Shown here one piece after another: positions 9,365 to 18,846 of a stretch of 60,582 nucleotides of DNA. The stretch spans positions 1 through 60,582 of IMG/VR virus record IMGVR_UViG_3300047094_000624, one strand, 5' to 3'. How positions within the stretch are numbered: position 1 is the first letter of the stretch; the number at the start of each line of letters is the position of its first letter. Position numbers and translations under genes: made by a program. The notes under the pieces are model-generated. The model ran no database searches, had not been told where the DNA came from, and saw only the letters and a program-made list of their open reading frames with translations. The DNA comes from a virus (Duplodnaviria; Caudoviricetes).

Positions 9365-11208
9365 TATGATGCTCCTATCATAGTTACTATACTTTCATAT
9401 TTTAATTGTCTTTTAATTTCTTCTACCAAATCTCTTGCAGATATATTTGCACCGTTAATACTAATGTTTACTCCACCGTAATTAACTGTACCCATTCCAG
9501 CGGAACCAGCCCTATAAGCACCTGCACCACTAGCAGCAGCGTAACCACCTTCACCGCCGCCCCCACCGCCAGCGCCACCGCTTGTTGAACTGTCACCAGT
9601 AGTTATTCCACTTCCTCCGCCACTTCCTCCGTATTTACTTGAATCATAAAGACCTCGTGCACCAGAAGCGGGTAAATTTTTAGTTCCCCATTTACTTGTA
9701 ATAATTGCGTGATAAATTTCTTTAGGGTCAGCGTTTGCCCTAAATGCATCTACAACTGCTTTATAGTAGTTTAAATTTAAAGTTTTTAATGTGGCGTCAA
9801 AACCCATTTCCCAACTAGCATATTTTCTAACTCCATGGTCATTCATAGTTCCAAGTTCACCAGGCATTGATTTAGTTGTATTTAAAGGATTGAAATAAGC
9901 ACTGTTATTAGAATGCCCACCTTCTTGAGCCATCCAACGCATCATTGCTTGTACGTTAGTTTCACTAGAAGGGGCGTTCATTCCTGCTAATACTTTTTTA
10001 GCCCAACCAGCTCTATCAAAAGGACCGCCTTTACCACCATTGGGGATAACAACCCCATCTTCTTTAGGAACAAATATTTCTGGTCCTTTTTCTCCAACTA
10101 TGTATGATTTACCTTCTTCAGCCCCGCCACCATGATGTAAGCCGGGAAGGCCTAACAATTTATTTATAAGTCCTAAAATTGGAGCTAAAAGTCCACCAAT
10201 AAGATTTGCTCCAAGACCTACTCCACCTGAAAGAATTGGAGAAGTAGCAGCTGTTATTCCTCCAAGTTTTCCTTGCATAAATCCAAGAGCTTGTTGAGTT
10301 GCTGTTGTAGCACCCGTTGAAAGTAAACTTAATGAAGAAAGGTCTCCACCTTGAGCTCTTTGAAGTAAATACCTAATTATGGTATTTTTAGTTAATTCAT
10401 CAGGTCCATATAAATCATTTAAAAAGTTGTATAAACCAGAACCAGGTAATAAAGAACTTTGAATATCTTTTTTTGTTGGAGTTCTTCCTAAATTATTTGA
10501 AATCATTTGAAAAATTTTATCGCCAACTTCTTTAAAACTTTTTGGTTGGCCAGTTTGTGGGTCACGTATATCAATACCAAGCATGCGCATCATATTTACT
10601 GAACGAGCTTGATTCATTGTTCCCAGGACCTGCATACCCCCGGTTAATCCAGCACCTGGAGTTAATCTAGATATATCTGCGGCACTTGTAGTAATAGTTG
10701 AAGCAAAGTTACCTTGTCCAGTAAACCCATATCTTTGAGCTTCTAATAAAGCTCCCGCAGCATCTGTTCTACTTGTAGGCAATCCAGTGTTATTCATATT
10801 GCCTAACAAACTTTGAGTTTGTCTTCCGCTTAAGTTTCCAAAAAATCTTTGATAACTAATAACTGCATCAGTAGTAATGGCTGTTCCGGCTCCAGGAAGA
10901 GCGGCTTGTAACCCAGCAAATGCTGCACCACCAGCTCTTACAGCTGCTGGTCCAAATGAAGAGCCAGTTGGTTGACCCCCAGAAGCTCCACCAAATGAGG
11001 GGTTGTTGTTAAATACAGAGCCACCACCGCCTACATTTAGGTCTCCGCCTCCACCGCCACCCGTCCCCCCAGCAGTACCCATTGTGGAAGAGAAACGATT
11101 GGCTTGGCGTACCATTTCTTTCATGTCATTAGTAATTTCTCTAATGTGCTGTTTAGCTCCAGCTAAACCACCAGTAATGGCATCAGTAACTTGATTAATT
11201 TTATCCAC
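9364..11208 (-). CDS. tape measure protein with C-terminal lysozyme-like domain
   Basis: Follows the chaperone; Ala/Gly-rich; YIVGEKGPEIFVP motif; WMAQEGG..NPLNTT muramidase-like motif; SD GGAGG before GTG. Confidence 0.8.
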   Translation of the reverse strand: MDKINQVTDAITGGLAGAKQHIREITNDMKEMVRQANRFSSTMGTAGGTGGGGGGDLNVGGGGSVFNNNPSFGGASGGQPTGSSFGPAAVRAGGAAFAGLQAALPGAGTAITTDAVISYQRFFGNLSGRQTQSLLGNMNNTGLPTSRTDAAGALLEAQRYGFTGQGNFASTITTSAADISRLTPGAGLTGGMQVLGTMNQARSVNMMRMLGIDIRDPQTGQPKSFKEVGDKIFQMISNNLGRTPTKKDIQSSLLPGSGLYNFLNDLYGPDELTKNTIIRYLLQRAQGGDLSSLSLLSTGATTATQQALGFMQGKLGGITAATSPILSGGVGLGANLIGGLLAPILGLINKLLGLPGLHHGGGAEEGKSYIVGEKGPEIFVPKEDGVVIPNGGKGGPFDRAGWAKKVLAGMNAPSSETNVQAMMRWMAQEGGHSNNSAYFNPLNTTKSMPGELGTMNDHGVRKYASWEMGFDATLKTLNLNYYKAVVDAFRANADPKEIYHAIITSKWGTKNLPASGARGLYDSSKYGGSGGGSGITTGDSSTSGGAGGGGGGEGGYAAASGAGAYRAGSAGMGTVNYGGVNISINGANISARDLVEEIKRQLKYESIVTMIGAS

Positions 11209-11222
11209 GGTACACCTCCAAT

Positions 11223-11372
11223 CTAGTTATATCTTCCGGCACGTTCTATCCAGTTCTTTCTTTCTTTTATAGTCATTCCTTTTATATCACCTAAAGTAAA
11301 ACCATTAAAAGCTCTTGCAATTACTTCAAACTGGTCATATAAATCTTTATATTGTTCTTCTTTATATGCGAA
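11223..11372 (-). CDS. C-terminal extension of the tail assembly chaperone, probably reached by +1 frameshift
   Basis: 49 open codons (FAYKEEQY...GFTLGDIKGMTIKERKNWIERAGRYN) with no usable start, in the +1 frame across the chaperone stop. Confidence 0.7.
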   Translation of the reverse strand, partial: FAYKEEQYKDLYDQFEVIARAFNGFTLGDIKGMTIKERKNWIERAGRYN

Positions 11373-12162
11373 ACAAAGCAGCTAAGGACAGTGGAACGTT
11401 TATATCTTTTCCACATGCCTTACAAGCCTTGTTCACCTCCATAAGGCGAGGGCCAGGGTTCTTTTCTAGTAATTCCATGGCAATTTTTTCTCTATCAGCC
11501 ATTCCAAGATTTAAAACGTCTTGAGGGCCTGTTACAGAAATTCCGTTTATTGACATAACGCAACCTGTTAATAAAATAGTATTTAATTCAGACATTGTCT
11601 TACTTGTAACACCATTAGATAGTTTTTTTTGAACTAATCCGTTAGGAAAAGCTAAAACTGTTTTACCAGCTTTAATATCTATTTCCCAAACTCTTTCATA
11701 AGGGTCTGCTAATTCTTTTACTTTAACATCTGAATTTAAATCAATTATAAGAGATTGTTCTTCAGAACATGAGTTACAAATTACTTTGTAATCTACTTCG
11801 TTTCCAAATGTTGCTTTTCTAATTCCTAAAAGTATTGCATCTCTGTCTCCAGACAAAAGAGAATCTAAATCATTTTCACTAGGTTTTTTATCACCTAGTT
11901 CTTCTAGCCCTCTTTGTAATATTACTTGAAGAGCTTTTGCTTCAGTTTCAGAACGAGCAATAATTTCTTCATCTACTCCGGTTAACTCTCTAACTTTTGC
12001 TTTTTTTATAACAGAACCTTCCTGGGGAATAAAACCCCCAGGAAGTTCTACTACCAAATTACTTGGAGTTTCTGTCTTTACTTCTTTAGCTGGTTCTTCT
12101 AATGCTTTTTCTGCAAATTGTTTTACTAAGTCCTCGTCAGTAATGACTTGTTTGTTTATCAC
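11362..12162 (-). CDS. tail assembly chaperone / baseplate hub assembly protein (T4 gp26/gp51-like)
   Basis: Between tube and tape measure genes; VRELTG.DEE, GDRDAILLGIR, two CxxC pairs. Confidence 0.8.
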   Translation of the reverse strand: MINKQVITDEDLVKQFAEKALEEPAKEVKTETPSNLVVELPGGFIPQEGSVIKKAKVRELTGVDEEIIARSETEAKALQVILQRGLEELGDKKPSENDLDSLLSGDRDAILLGIRKATFGNEVDYKVICNSCSEEQSLIIDLNSDVKVKELADPYERVWEIDIKAGKTVLAFPNGLVQKKLSNGVTSKTMSELNTILLTGCVMSINGISVTGPQDVLNLGMADREKIAMELLEKNPGPRLMEVNKACKACGKDINVPLSLAALFRI

Positions 12163-12185
12163 TTTTAATACTCCTTTTTATTAAC

Positions 12186-12803
12186 TTAACTGGTTATTGC
12201 TCTAAAGTTATTATCAGTAAAGAATACTGACAATCCTTCGTGTACTAGTTGCATTGATTCAAACAAAATTTGGTTATCACCAGAATTTAAATCTGAATAA
12301 TTCAAAGTACTAATCCATGCATTTCTTAGTCTGAATCCCATTCTAGAAATGTTTTTATCTGTTGCGTTTGGATGAGATAAGACATAAATGTCAACATCGC
12401 ATCTAAAGCCTTTTGTTCCTAATGCAATACCTTCTCCAGATGAAACAGCAAACAGTCCACGCATCCATGTAATTGCTTGGTCATTTCCATACAAAACACC
12501 GCGTTGAAAAGATACAGGGTTAAATGTTGTCATACCAGGGATTTGATGAACAGTAGTGTTGTAACCACCTTCACGGTATTGAATTGGTTGTGTGTTAATA
12601 GAAAGACCACTGATATTGGTAAACCCACCAATAAAACCAGTAGAACTTCCATCAGCAGCGTTGTAGTTATTGCTAGAGCCGGTTTTTATTTTAGGACTAA
12701 ATACACCGTCTTTAGTTGGGGTAAACTCTGCGTAGAACCGGAAACTTCTTAAAGGGTCCGTTGCTACGGTAGAGAACCTATTTATAATGCTGTCAGTTGC
12801 CAT
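12186..12803 (-). CDS. tail tube protein (T4 gp19-like)
   Basis: DPLRSFRF, YREGG, IPG, LVHEG motifs. Confidence 0.93.
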   Translation of the reverse strand: MATDSIINRFSTVATDPLRSFRFYAEFTPTKDGVFSPKIKTGSSNNYNAADGSSTGFIGGFTNISGLSINTQPIQYREGGYNTTVHQIPGMTTFNPVSFQRGVLYGNDQAITWMRGLFAVSSGEGIALGTKGFRCDVDIYVLSHPNATDKNISRMGFRLRNAWISTLNYSDLNSGDNQILFESMQLVHEGLSVFFTDNNFRAITS

Positions 12804-12817
12804 TAGTGTTTATCTCC

Positions 12818-14308
12818 TTATTCTACCGTGACGGTTGTTCCGCCATCGAACTGACCGATTTTGATGATTACGAATTCAGCAGGGCGTTGTAGAGCCACAC
12901 CTATTTCTAATCTAACTTCACCATTATCTATTGAAGCTAGTGTATTAGTTTCATCATCACATTTAACAAAGTAAGCTTGTTCTGGAGTGTCTCCTCTTAA
13001 GCCACCTTGATTCCAAAATTCAGTTAAGAATCCTGAAGTTACACCTGTTAGTTGACGCCATAAACGTTGGTCGTTTGGCTCAAATACTGCAAATTCTGTT
13101 AAGTCTGTTAACGCTTTTCGCAAGTAGATAAGTGTACGACGTATTGAAACATAGCGGTCTGAATAGCTGCCTCGTAGTGTACGAGCACCCATTACAACAA
13201 TTCCTGAACCAGGTATAAAACGAATTGCATTTACTGGAGGAACAGTTGAGTTTAATGTATCTAGTTCTGTGTTTGTTAATTGTGCAACAGACACAGCTCC
13301 AGCAATACGAGTGTCTAAACCAGCAGGGGCTTTAAATACTCCACGTGCAGAGTCAGTTGAAATATACTTTCCAACAATAGCTCCACCAGGTGCCACTGTT
13401 AAAGTAATATTTGGAGTGGTTACTGTTGGGTCTTTCATTACTATTCTTGGGTAATAAACAGCTGCGTAAGAAGAGTCTCCGTATGTAAGAGCTTTTGCTA
13501 ATACAGAAGACACTGTTACGTTAGCTTCTGGGTCAACCACAACAAACACATCTTCTCTATCTGCTGCATAAGCAATAATTTGATTAACAGCTGTTGTATC
13601 TGTAATGCCCGGTGCGTTTAGTACTAATGAATTTAATACAATATCAAAAGCACTTACCGCTCCAGAAATAGCAGTTGCAGTAACTGTTCCATCTGACGCT
13701 ACTCCAGAAAGATTTTGAACTGTAATATTTACAGGTCTCTTATCTTGTAGAGTACTTGCTGATAGCAAATCAGTTGCATCAATATATTTAGATTGAGAAT
13801 TAATAATTGACACTGCATATCTATCATCTAGTGCTTCCATACTTAAGTCATTAAATCTTTCAACAACAAAAGCTGCAGTTGCACCTTGATAGTTAACTGT
13901 TAAATCAAATGTATTTTGTGCAGAACTGTTAAAAATACTGATTGAAATATCATTCCCCCATTGACCTGGGTTTTTTGCAGTAACTCGTAATGTATCTAAA
14001 TCATTAGCATCAATCATTGTAAGAAGTGCTTTATTGCTGTTAGCTACAACTCTATGGATGTAAGCTTGGCTTCCACCATTTGAAAAAAATAATAGTACAG
14101 CGATTGGTAAATCATTTGAAGCGCGAACGTTCCATGAGCCATAAAGACTTATGTATTCGCTCCATGAATTTACTAGGGTAGGAACAACAGGACCGCGGTC
14201 AGTTGCACCAATAAATGCAGCAACAGTTTGTGAGTTTGGTCCCACAGCTGGTGCTAAAGCGTTTAATGTTTCTTCAACATAAACACCTGGCCTTAAATAA
14301 ATAGCCAT
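12818..14308 (-). CDS. contractile tail sheath protein
   Basis: PGVYVEE, FFSNGG, RGVFKAPAG, GARTL, VFEPND, PAEFV motifs. Confidence 0.97.
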   Translation of the reverse strand: MAIYLRPGVYVEETLNALAPAVGPNSQTVAAFIGATDRGPVVPTLVNSWSEYISLYGSWNVRASNDLPIAVLLFFSNGGSQAYIHRVVANSNKALLTMIDANDLDTLRVTAKNPGQWGNDISISIFNSSAQNTFDLTVNYQGATAAFVVERFNDLSMEALDDRYAVSIINSQSKYIDATDLLSASTLQDKRPVNITVQNLSGVASDGTVTATAISGAVSAFDIVLNSLVLNAPGITDTTAVNQIIAYAADREDVFVVVDPEANVTVSSVLAKALTYGDSSYAAVYYPRIVMKDPTVTTPNITLTVAPGGAIVGKYISTDSARGVFKAPAGLDTRIAGAVSVAQLTNTELDTLNSTVPPVNAIRFIPGSGIVVMGARTLRGSYSDRYVSIRRTLIYLRKALTDLTEFAVFEPNDQRLWRQLTGVTSGFLTEFWNQGGLRGDTPEQAYFVKCDDETNTLASIDNGEVRLEIGVALQRPAEFVIIKIGQFDGGTTVTVE

Positions 14309-14346
14309 TGATTATCTCCTTTAGGTAGTTTCCTGTAGTACGTGTG

Positions 14347-14961
14347 TTAGATTGGGTTGTATTCCGGCGGGATATAGTTTGTTTCGATATTGATATTTAC
14401 TTCTTCTACAGTTCCAATTGCAGTAGCGGCTTGAGCAGGTGTCATTTCGCTTACAACTCTTACTGTAAAAATATTGCGCAATAAGCGCCTTCCTTCCTCG
14501 ATAAGGTCTCTTTTAATAAACCCATCAAGAAATATATGACGGTACGATGTTTCAGTACCGAGTTCATTAGGTATTGCAATTTGTCCAAATTTATGTGGAA
14601 CTTTTTCATTTAAAAATTGATAAATAATTGCTCTGTCGTGACGAGGGTGACGAGCATAGCTAGTTACTTGATAAATTAAATCGTAAGCAACAGGGTATTC
14701 ATATTCGTAACTAATACCTTCTACTGGAGCAATGGTTCCTCTAAAGTCGTTATCATACAAAAACCCGGAGTGTTGTCGTTCGTTAGATGGAGATACATCA
14801 AGTAATTCAATAGTCATATATGGATAGTCTTGAGCACGGACTTCAACGTCAGGAAACCCAAACCATACCTTTACAGGTCTTGATATTGACTTCTCATCTA
14901 CAACAGATATACCTTGAAGTAAGGATTTAAGTGCTGTATCTTCCGCTAATATAAATGTCAA
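14347..14961 (-). CDS. tail completion/terminator protein
   Basis: Directly upstream of the sheath gene; P.AYDLIYQVT motif. Confidence 0.6.
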   Translation of the reverse strand: MTFILAEDTALKSLLQGISVVDEKSISRPVKVWFGFPDVEVRAQDYPYMTIELLDVSPSNERQHSGFLYDNDFRGTIAPVEGISYEYEYPVAYDLIYQVTSYARHPRHDRAIIYQFLNEKVPHKFGQIAIPNELGTETSYRHIFLDGFIKRDLIEEGRRLLRNIFTVRVVSEMTPAQAATAIGTVEEVNINIETNYIPPEYNPI

Positions 14962-15287
14962 AATATCACTCCTGAATCAAATAAAATTTCCATCATAGTG
15001 TTTTCAAAAAATTCGTTATAAGATTCTGTGTGTTTTTTAAATAATCTAAGGAATGGTTTAGGGGGTTGCCCTGGAGTTCCGTACTCTAAATCTTCTATCT
15101 CTTTAGCGTATTCTTCTGGGTACTCTACTTCCCCAGTTCCATTCATAAAATCAATATAAAGGACGTTAACGATATGCTGAGGCCAGCCTGCTTCTGAGGC
15201 ACTTTTTTGTAGTTTTTGGCTAAGGATACCTTGGACAGCAGAAAAATTTTTATCAACAATGCTGTCGAACATTACAGTTTCAATCAT
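14958..15287 (-). CDS. neck protein (HK97 gp10-like)
   Basis: LEYGT....PKPFLR motif. Confidence 0.6.
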   Translation of the reverse strand: MIETVMFDSIVDKNFSAVQGILSQKLQKSASEAGWPQHIVNVLYIDFMNGTGEVEYPEEYAKEIEDLEYGTPGQPPKPFLRLFKKHTESYNEFFENTMMEILFDSGVIF

Positions 15288-15376
15288 ATAGAAGACACCG
15301 CCTTAGTAACCCAAGTTAACTTACCTATGAGTAGAGATGTCCATACTCCTGTTTTTAAGCAGGTTAAAATAAACAT
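15284..15376 (-). CDS. 30-aa small protein heading the tail operon
   Basis: SD GGAG, MFILTCLKTGVWTSLLIGKLTWVTKAVSSI, ATGA overlap with the next gene. Confidence 0.45.
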   Translation of the reverse strand: MFILTCLKTGVWTSLLIGKLTWVTKAVSSI

Positions 15377-15459
15377 CGCAATCTCCAAAGGAGCTAGCAG
15401 GTTACTTCGCATGGTACTTCTCAAGACCCCGCATGGGCCTTACTTATAGGATAAATGAA

Positions 15460-15481
15460 AAGAGCCCCCGAAGGGGCTCTT
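15460..15481 (-). terminator. intrinsic terminator
   Basis: AAGAGCCCC-TTCG-GGGGCTCTT followed by TTCATTT. Confidence 0.85.
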
Positions 15482-15488
15482 ACTAAGG

Positions 15489-15743
15489 CTACTTCTTGCC
15501 TTTATCGTCTTTGTCTTTGCCTTTTACTTTTTTAATAATTTTTGCATCAATCTTCTTGTCTTCAGCCATAGTCTTTGGCTTTTTCTTTTTTCCATGAGCT
15601 TTGTCAGCTTTTTCAAACTTAGCCTTTTCGTCTTTATCAAATCCGGCTTTTTTAAGCATGCCAGCGTCTTTTTTCTTATCTTTAGACTCTGTGTATTTGC
15701 CTTTCATAAAAGAAGGTTTTTTATCCATTGCGTGTTTAGGCAT
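15489..15743 (-). CDS. Lys/Asp-rich small protein
   Basis: 84-aa ORF coupled by TAATG. Confidence 0.7.
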   Translation of the reverse strand: MPKHAMDKKPSFMKGKYTESKDKKKDAGMLKKAGFDKDEKAKFEKADKAHGKKKKPKTMAEDKKIDAKIIKKVKGKDKDDKGKK

Positions 15744-15883
15744 TACATACCCTTTTTACGGACCATTGAAGACTTTTTACCTTTTGAAGGAGAGGCCTTT
15801 TTAGCAAATGCTTTGTTAGCAGCTTTTAATGTTTTCTTACCGTGTTTGTTTTTTGGTTGCATACAGCCACAAGTAGCGCACAT
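15743..15883 (-). CDS. 46-aa basic protein with MCATCGC N-terminus
   Basis: Read by hand; TAATG overlaps at both ends. Confidence 0.7.
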   Translation of the reverse strand: MCATCGCMQPKNKHGKKTLKAANKAFAKKASPSKGKKSSMVRKKGM

Positions 15884-16083
15884 TATTTCTTCTTCTTTCC
15901 ACGCAGGGCGGCAAAGTCAGAACCTTCTAGCTTGCCGTCTTTGTCTACATCTAATTTCTTTTGCTTAGATGACATGCCTTTTGAAGCAGTCTTTTTATCA
16001 GCCTTTTTAGCAGCTTTTTTCTTAGGACCTTTACCAAATCCTGGTTGGCCTTTTTTCTTACCACAACCACATATTGCGCACAT
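15883..16083 (-). CDS. basic protein with MCAICGC start and EF-hand-like loop
   Basis: DVDKDGKLEGSDF loop; Lys-rich. Confidence 0.7.
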   Translation of the reverse strand: MCAICGCGKKKGQPGFGKGPKKKAAKKADKKTASKGMSSKQKKLDVDKDGKLEGSDFAALRGKKKK

Positions 16084-16250
16084 TATTTCTTCTTCTTTCT
16101 AGCGGCTGCCATATTATCAATTAGATTAGGATATGGGCGGCCTGCTGCTTTTGCTCGGGCCTTAGCAGATGCTTTCCGCTTTGGCGATAGTTTTTTATCT
16201 TTACCAGTTGGGTCTTTCTTTTCCCAAACAGGTTTATCTTTTTTTGGCAT
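16083..16250 (-). CDS. 55-aa basic protein
   Basis: Read by hand: MPKKDKPVWEK...AKAAGRPYPNLIDNMAAARKKKK. Confidence 0.7.
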   Translation of the reverse strand: MPKKDKPVWEKKDPTGKDKKLSPKRKASAKARAKAAGRPYPNLIDNMAAARKKKK

Positions 16251-16431
16251 TTATACCCTTCGCTTTACTTCTAATAGACGCTATTGGCTTTCTTATTATA
16301 GCGCCCTTTCTTCTTCTAGGGGTTGCGCCAGTAGAACGTTTAATTTGTTCTAGGTTAGTCTCTAGATTTTCTTTGGAGTTCTTTCCCGCAGAAACTACTG
16401 TTTTTTTAGTTTTGTAAATTTTTTTAGGCAT
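16234..16431 (-). CDS. basic small protein
   Basis: K/R-rich 65-aa ORF with TAATG coupling. Confidence 0.6.
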   Translation of the reverse strand: MPKKIYKTKKTVVSAGKNSKENLETNLEQIKRSTGATPRRRKGAIIRKPIASIRSKAKGINAKKR

Positions 16432-16718
16432 TAACCGACAACCTTAGAATACATTACTGCTACAGCATTAGCAGAAGTTCCTGCAGAAGAAATTGCATAT
16501 AATTTATCTTCAGCATTTATTTTAAATTCATAAACTGTTGTTTTAGGTATAGTTAATCCTTGTGAAGCACCGGACACCGAAATGGTGCTATCTCCAATAA
16601 AAATTGGATTATTATCTGAATTATAAATATATACAGAAATAGTTGGATTACCTTCAGGTATTTCACAAATTAAAGTTGCGGTTGTTCCAACTGTAAAAAC
16701 ATCATGAATTATTGCCAT
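16431..16718 (-). CDS. small beta-rich virion protein
   Basis: SD AAGGA; beta-strand pattern, follows a collagen gene. Confidence 0.55.
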   Translation of the reverse strand: MAIIHDVFTVGTTATLICEIPEGNPTISVYIYNSDNNPIFIGDSTISVSGASQGLTIPKTTVYEFKINAEDKLYAISSAGTSANAVAVMYSKVVG

Positions 16719-16729
16719 TTATTTCCTTT

Positions 16730-17581
16730 CTATGCTGGAGCTATAGTTGAAACAGTTCCAGATGAGCCTCTGTATTTCAGAACTCCGCTTTCTACGTACA
16801 GAATTCCCCCAGCAATACTTGCAACTGGGGCAGTACTATTAAGTATATTTAATTGATTGTTGCTTAGTACGTTTGTACCCTGAGAACCTGTTGAACCTTG
16901 AGTACCAAGTAGTCCTTGAGTACCAACTAACCCTTGTATACCTGTAGTTCCTTGTATACCTTGAGAGCCTGTAGTTCCTTGTAATCCAAGTGTGCCTTGT
17001 AAACCTTGGTTACCAGTTATTCCTTGTACACCTTGGTTACCAACACCTTGTGAACCTTCTAATCCCTGTAGACCTTGAACACCTTGATTTCCACGAGGAC
17101 CTTGTAAACCTTGAGTACCAGTAGTTCCTTGAAAACCTTGAAACCCTCTTGCACTTTGAACGCCTTGCGTTCCTTGTTGTCCTTGTACGCCTTGCACACC
17201 TTGCATAGTTGCGTTAGAACCTTGATTACCTTGTACACCCTGTACGCCTTGATTTCCTTGAATACCAAGTGTGCCTTGAGTACCTTGCGTACCACGTTGT
17301 CCTTGAATTCCTTGTATGCCTTGTACACCACGATTACCTTGAATACCTAAAGTTCCTTGTGCGCCTTGTGTACCACGATAGCCTTGAATACCTTGAGTAC
17401 CTTGTGATTGATTAAATCCACCACCTTGTAAGCCTTGTGTTCCCTGACGTCCTTGTACGCCTTGTGTACCCTGTCTGCCTTGAATTCCCTGCGTACCAAG
17501 TTTTGCGTCTAAATAATCTAAAGCTGTATTAAGAGTTGTGCCCCAATTAGAAGCACCAACAACTGGTTTAATAAGTGGCAC
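16730..17581 (-). CDS. collagen-like (G-X-Q) fibre protein
   Basis: Long QG-X repeat; C-terminal [20 protein letters not shown]. Confidence 0.85.
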   Translation of the reverse strand: MPLIKPVVGASNWGTTLNTALDYLDAKLGTQGIQGRQGTQGVQGRQGTQGLQGGGFNQSQGTQGIQGYRGTQGAQGTLGIQGNRGVQGIQGIQGQRGTQGTQGTLGIQGNQGVQGVQGNQGSNATMQGVQGVQGQQGTQGVQSARGFQGFQGTTGTQGLQGPRGNQGVQGLQGLEGSQGVGNQGVQGITGNQGLQGTLGLQGTTGSQGIQGTTGIQGLVGTQGLLGTQGSTGSQGTNVLSNNQLNILNSTAPVASIAGGILYVESGVLKYRGSSGTVSTIAPA

Positions 17582-18150
17582 TATTCATCTCCATACGTAT
17601 CTTCGTTGTAAGCTCCTGCATCATAACCGTCATTAGCAGATGCGTAAGCCAAAAATTGAGTATCGTTAACTGCTTCTTCAGGCATAATTTGAATACAGTC
17701 AACTACAACAAGAGTAAACCGTTCGGCAACAATTCCCTTTTGTTGAACCTTATACGGTCTGTAGACTTGTCCCTGCCATATAATTCTACCTCTATTTTGC
17801 ACATCAGGATTACCAAGAACACCTGGTGCAATAGTATTTAAATCTTCTCCGTGCAATGTTAAGTGCAAATAATCTCCACCGTAGAAGCCTCGTTCTGAGT
17901 TTGGCACTGGGCCTTGAGTAATAACTGCTCTTAATACAGGAAGAGCGTATGGGCCTTTCCAATAACGCCCTACACCTGGGTCAGTTCCAGCGGTATCATA
18001 AATTGGGTCTACGGTCGATACTGCGGGGTCGTATACATACCAAAGCGCTTGTGTACCTATAGGACGTTGATAATCTTCATTAAAACCAATAAGGATGCTA
18101 TCGGTCTCAAAATCGGCATCAAAACGGCCGCCTGGTTTATGTGCACGCAT
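17581..18150 (-). CDS. head closure / head-tail joining protein
   Basis: [22 protein letters not shown]; position in the neck region. Confidence 0.55.
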   Translation of the reverse strand: MRAHKPGGRFDADFETDSILIGFNEDYQRPIGTQALWYVYDPAVSTVDPIYDTAGTDPGVGRYWKGPYALPVLRAVITQGPVPNSERGFYGGDYLHLTLHGEDLNTIAPGVLGNPDVQNRGRIIWQGQVYRPYKVQQKGIVAERFTLVVVDCIQIMPEEAVNDTQFLAYASANDGYDAGAYNEDTYGDE

Positions 18151-18177
18151 TAAACTAGTTTATCTTTTAATTGCCTT

Positions 18178-18846
18178 CTATCTAACCCAAATCATCCCAA
18201 CATCTGCAGTAGGTCTAAGACCTGCTTCTTGCCACAATCCAGCTTCCCAAATAGGTGCGTTTTCCTCAATCCATTTAGGCAATTCTTCTGCTTTATCTAA
18301 AGAAATGTAGTTAATAGTAGGTTCATCTAAATGATTAACAATAAATTGTGGTGCCCATTCTGTGTAACCTAATCCTTGTAAATATTTTAATTGGTTAACG
18401 TGGTCAGGAACTGTCTCTTTAGTCCATTCAAAACAAAGGTTTCCATGATGTTGAGTCATTCCTTTAAACACAGCCCATTCAGCGCCTTCTACATCTATTT
18501 TTATTAAATCAGGTTTTCCATAAGTTTCAACTAATCTATCTAATGTAATAGTAGATACTTTTATAGTTCTAAATTCTTTACCAGCATAAGGTAGCTCTGA
18601 ACTAGTTAACCAGTCTTTATTAAGAGTAGACAATCCATCTTCTACACATTCATAAAACTCAACTAAATCATCATTAGTATCAGACACAGCAAACCTAAGA
18701 GGAGTTATTAATGGGTGATAAATAAATTGTTTTACTAGTTCTGCATAGACCCTAGGAGCAGGCTCTAATGCTATTACTTCATAGCCTTTTTTTAATCCCG
18801 CTAAAGTAGCGTCTCCTCTATTAGCTCCAATATCAAACAGCAACAT
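18178..18846 (-). CDS. FkbM-family SAM methyltransferase
   Basis: FDIGANRG, LEP, LIKIDVEGAE motifs. Confidence 0.92.
   Translation of the reverse strand: MLLFDIGANRGDATLAGLKKGYEVIALEPAPRVYAELVKQFIYHPLITPLRFAVSDTNDDLVEFYECVEDGLSTLNKDWLTSSELPYAGKEFRTIKVSTITLDRLVETYGKPDLIKIDVEGAEWAVFKGMTQHHGNLCFEWTKETVPDHVNQLKYLQGLGYTEWAPQFIVNHLDEPTINYISLDKAEELPKWIEENAPIWEAGLWQEAGLRPTADVGMIWVR

Noticed and set aside
979-14961. Stand-alone extracellular contractile injection system (eCIS/tailocin)
   Set aside because: Terminase, portal, scaffold and major capsid genes are in the same locus, so this is a phage tail.
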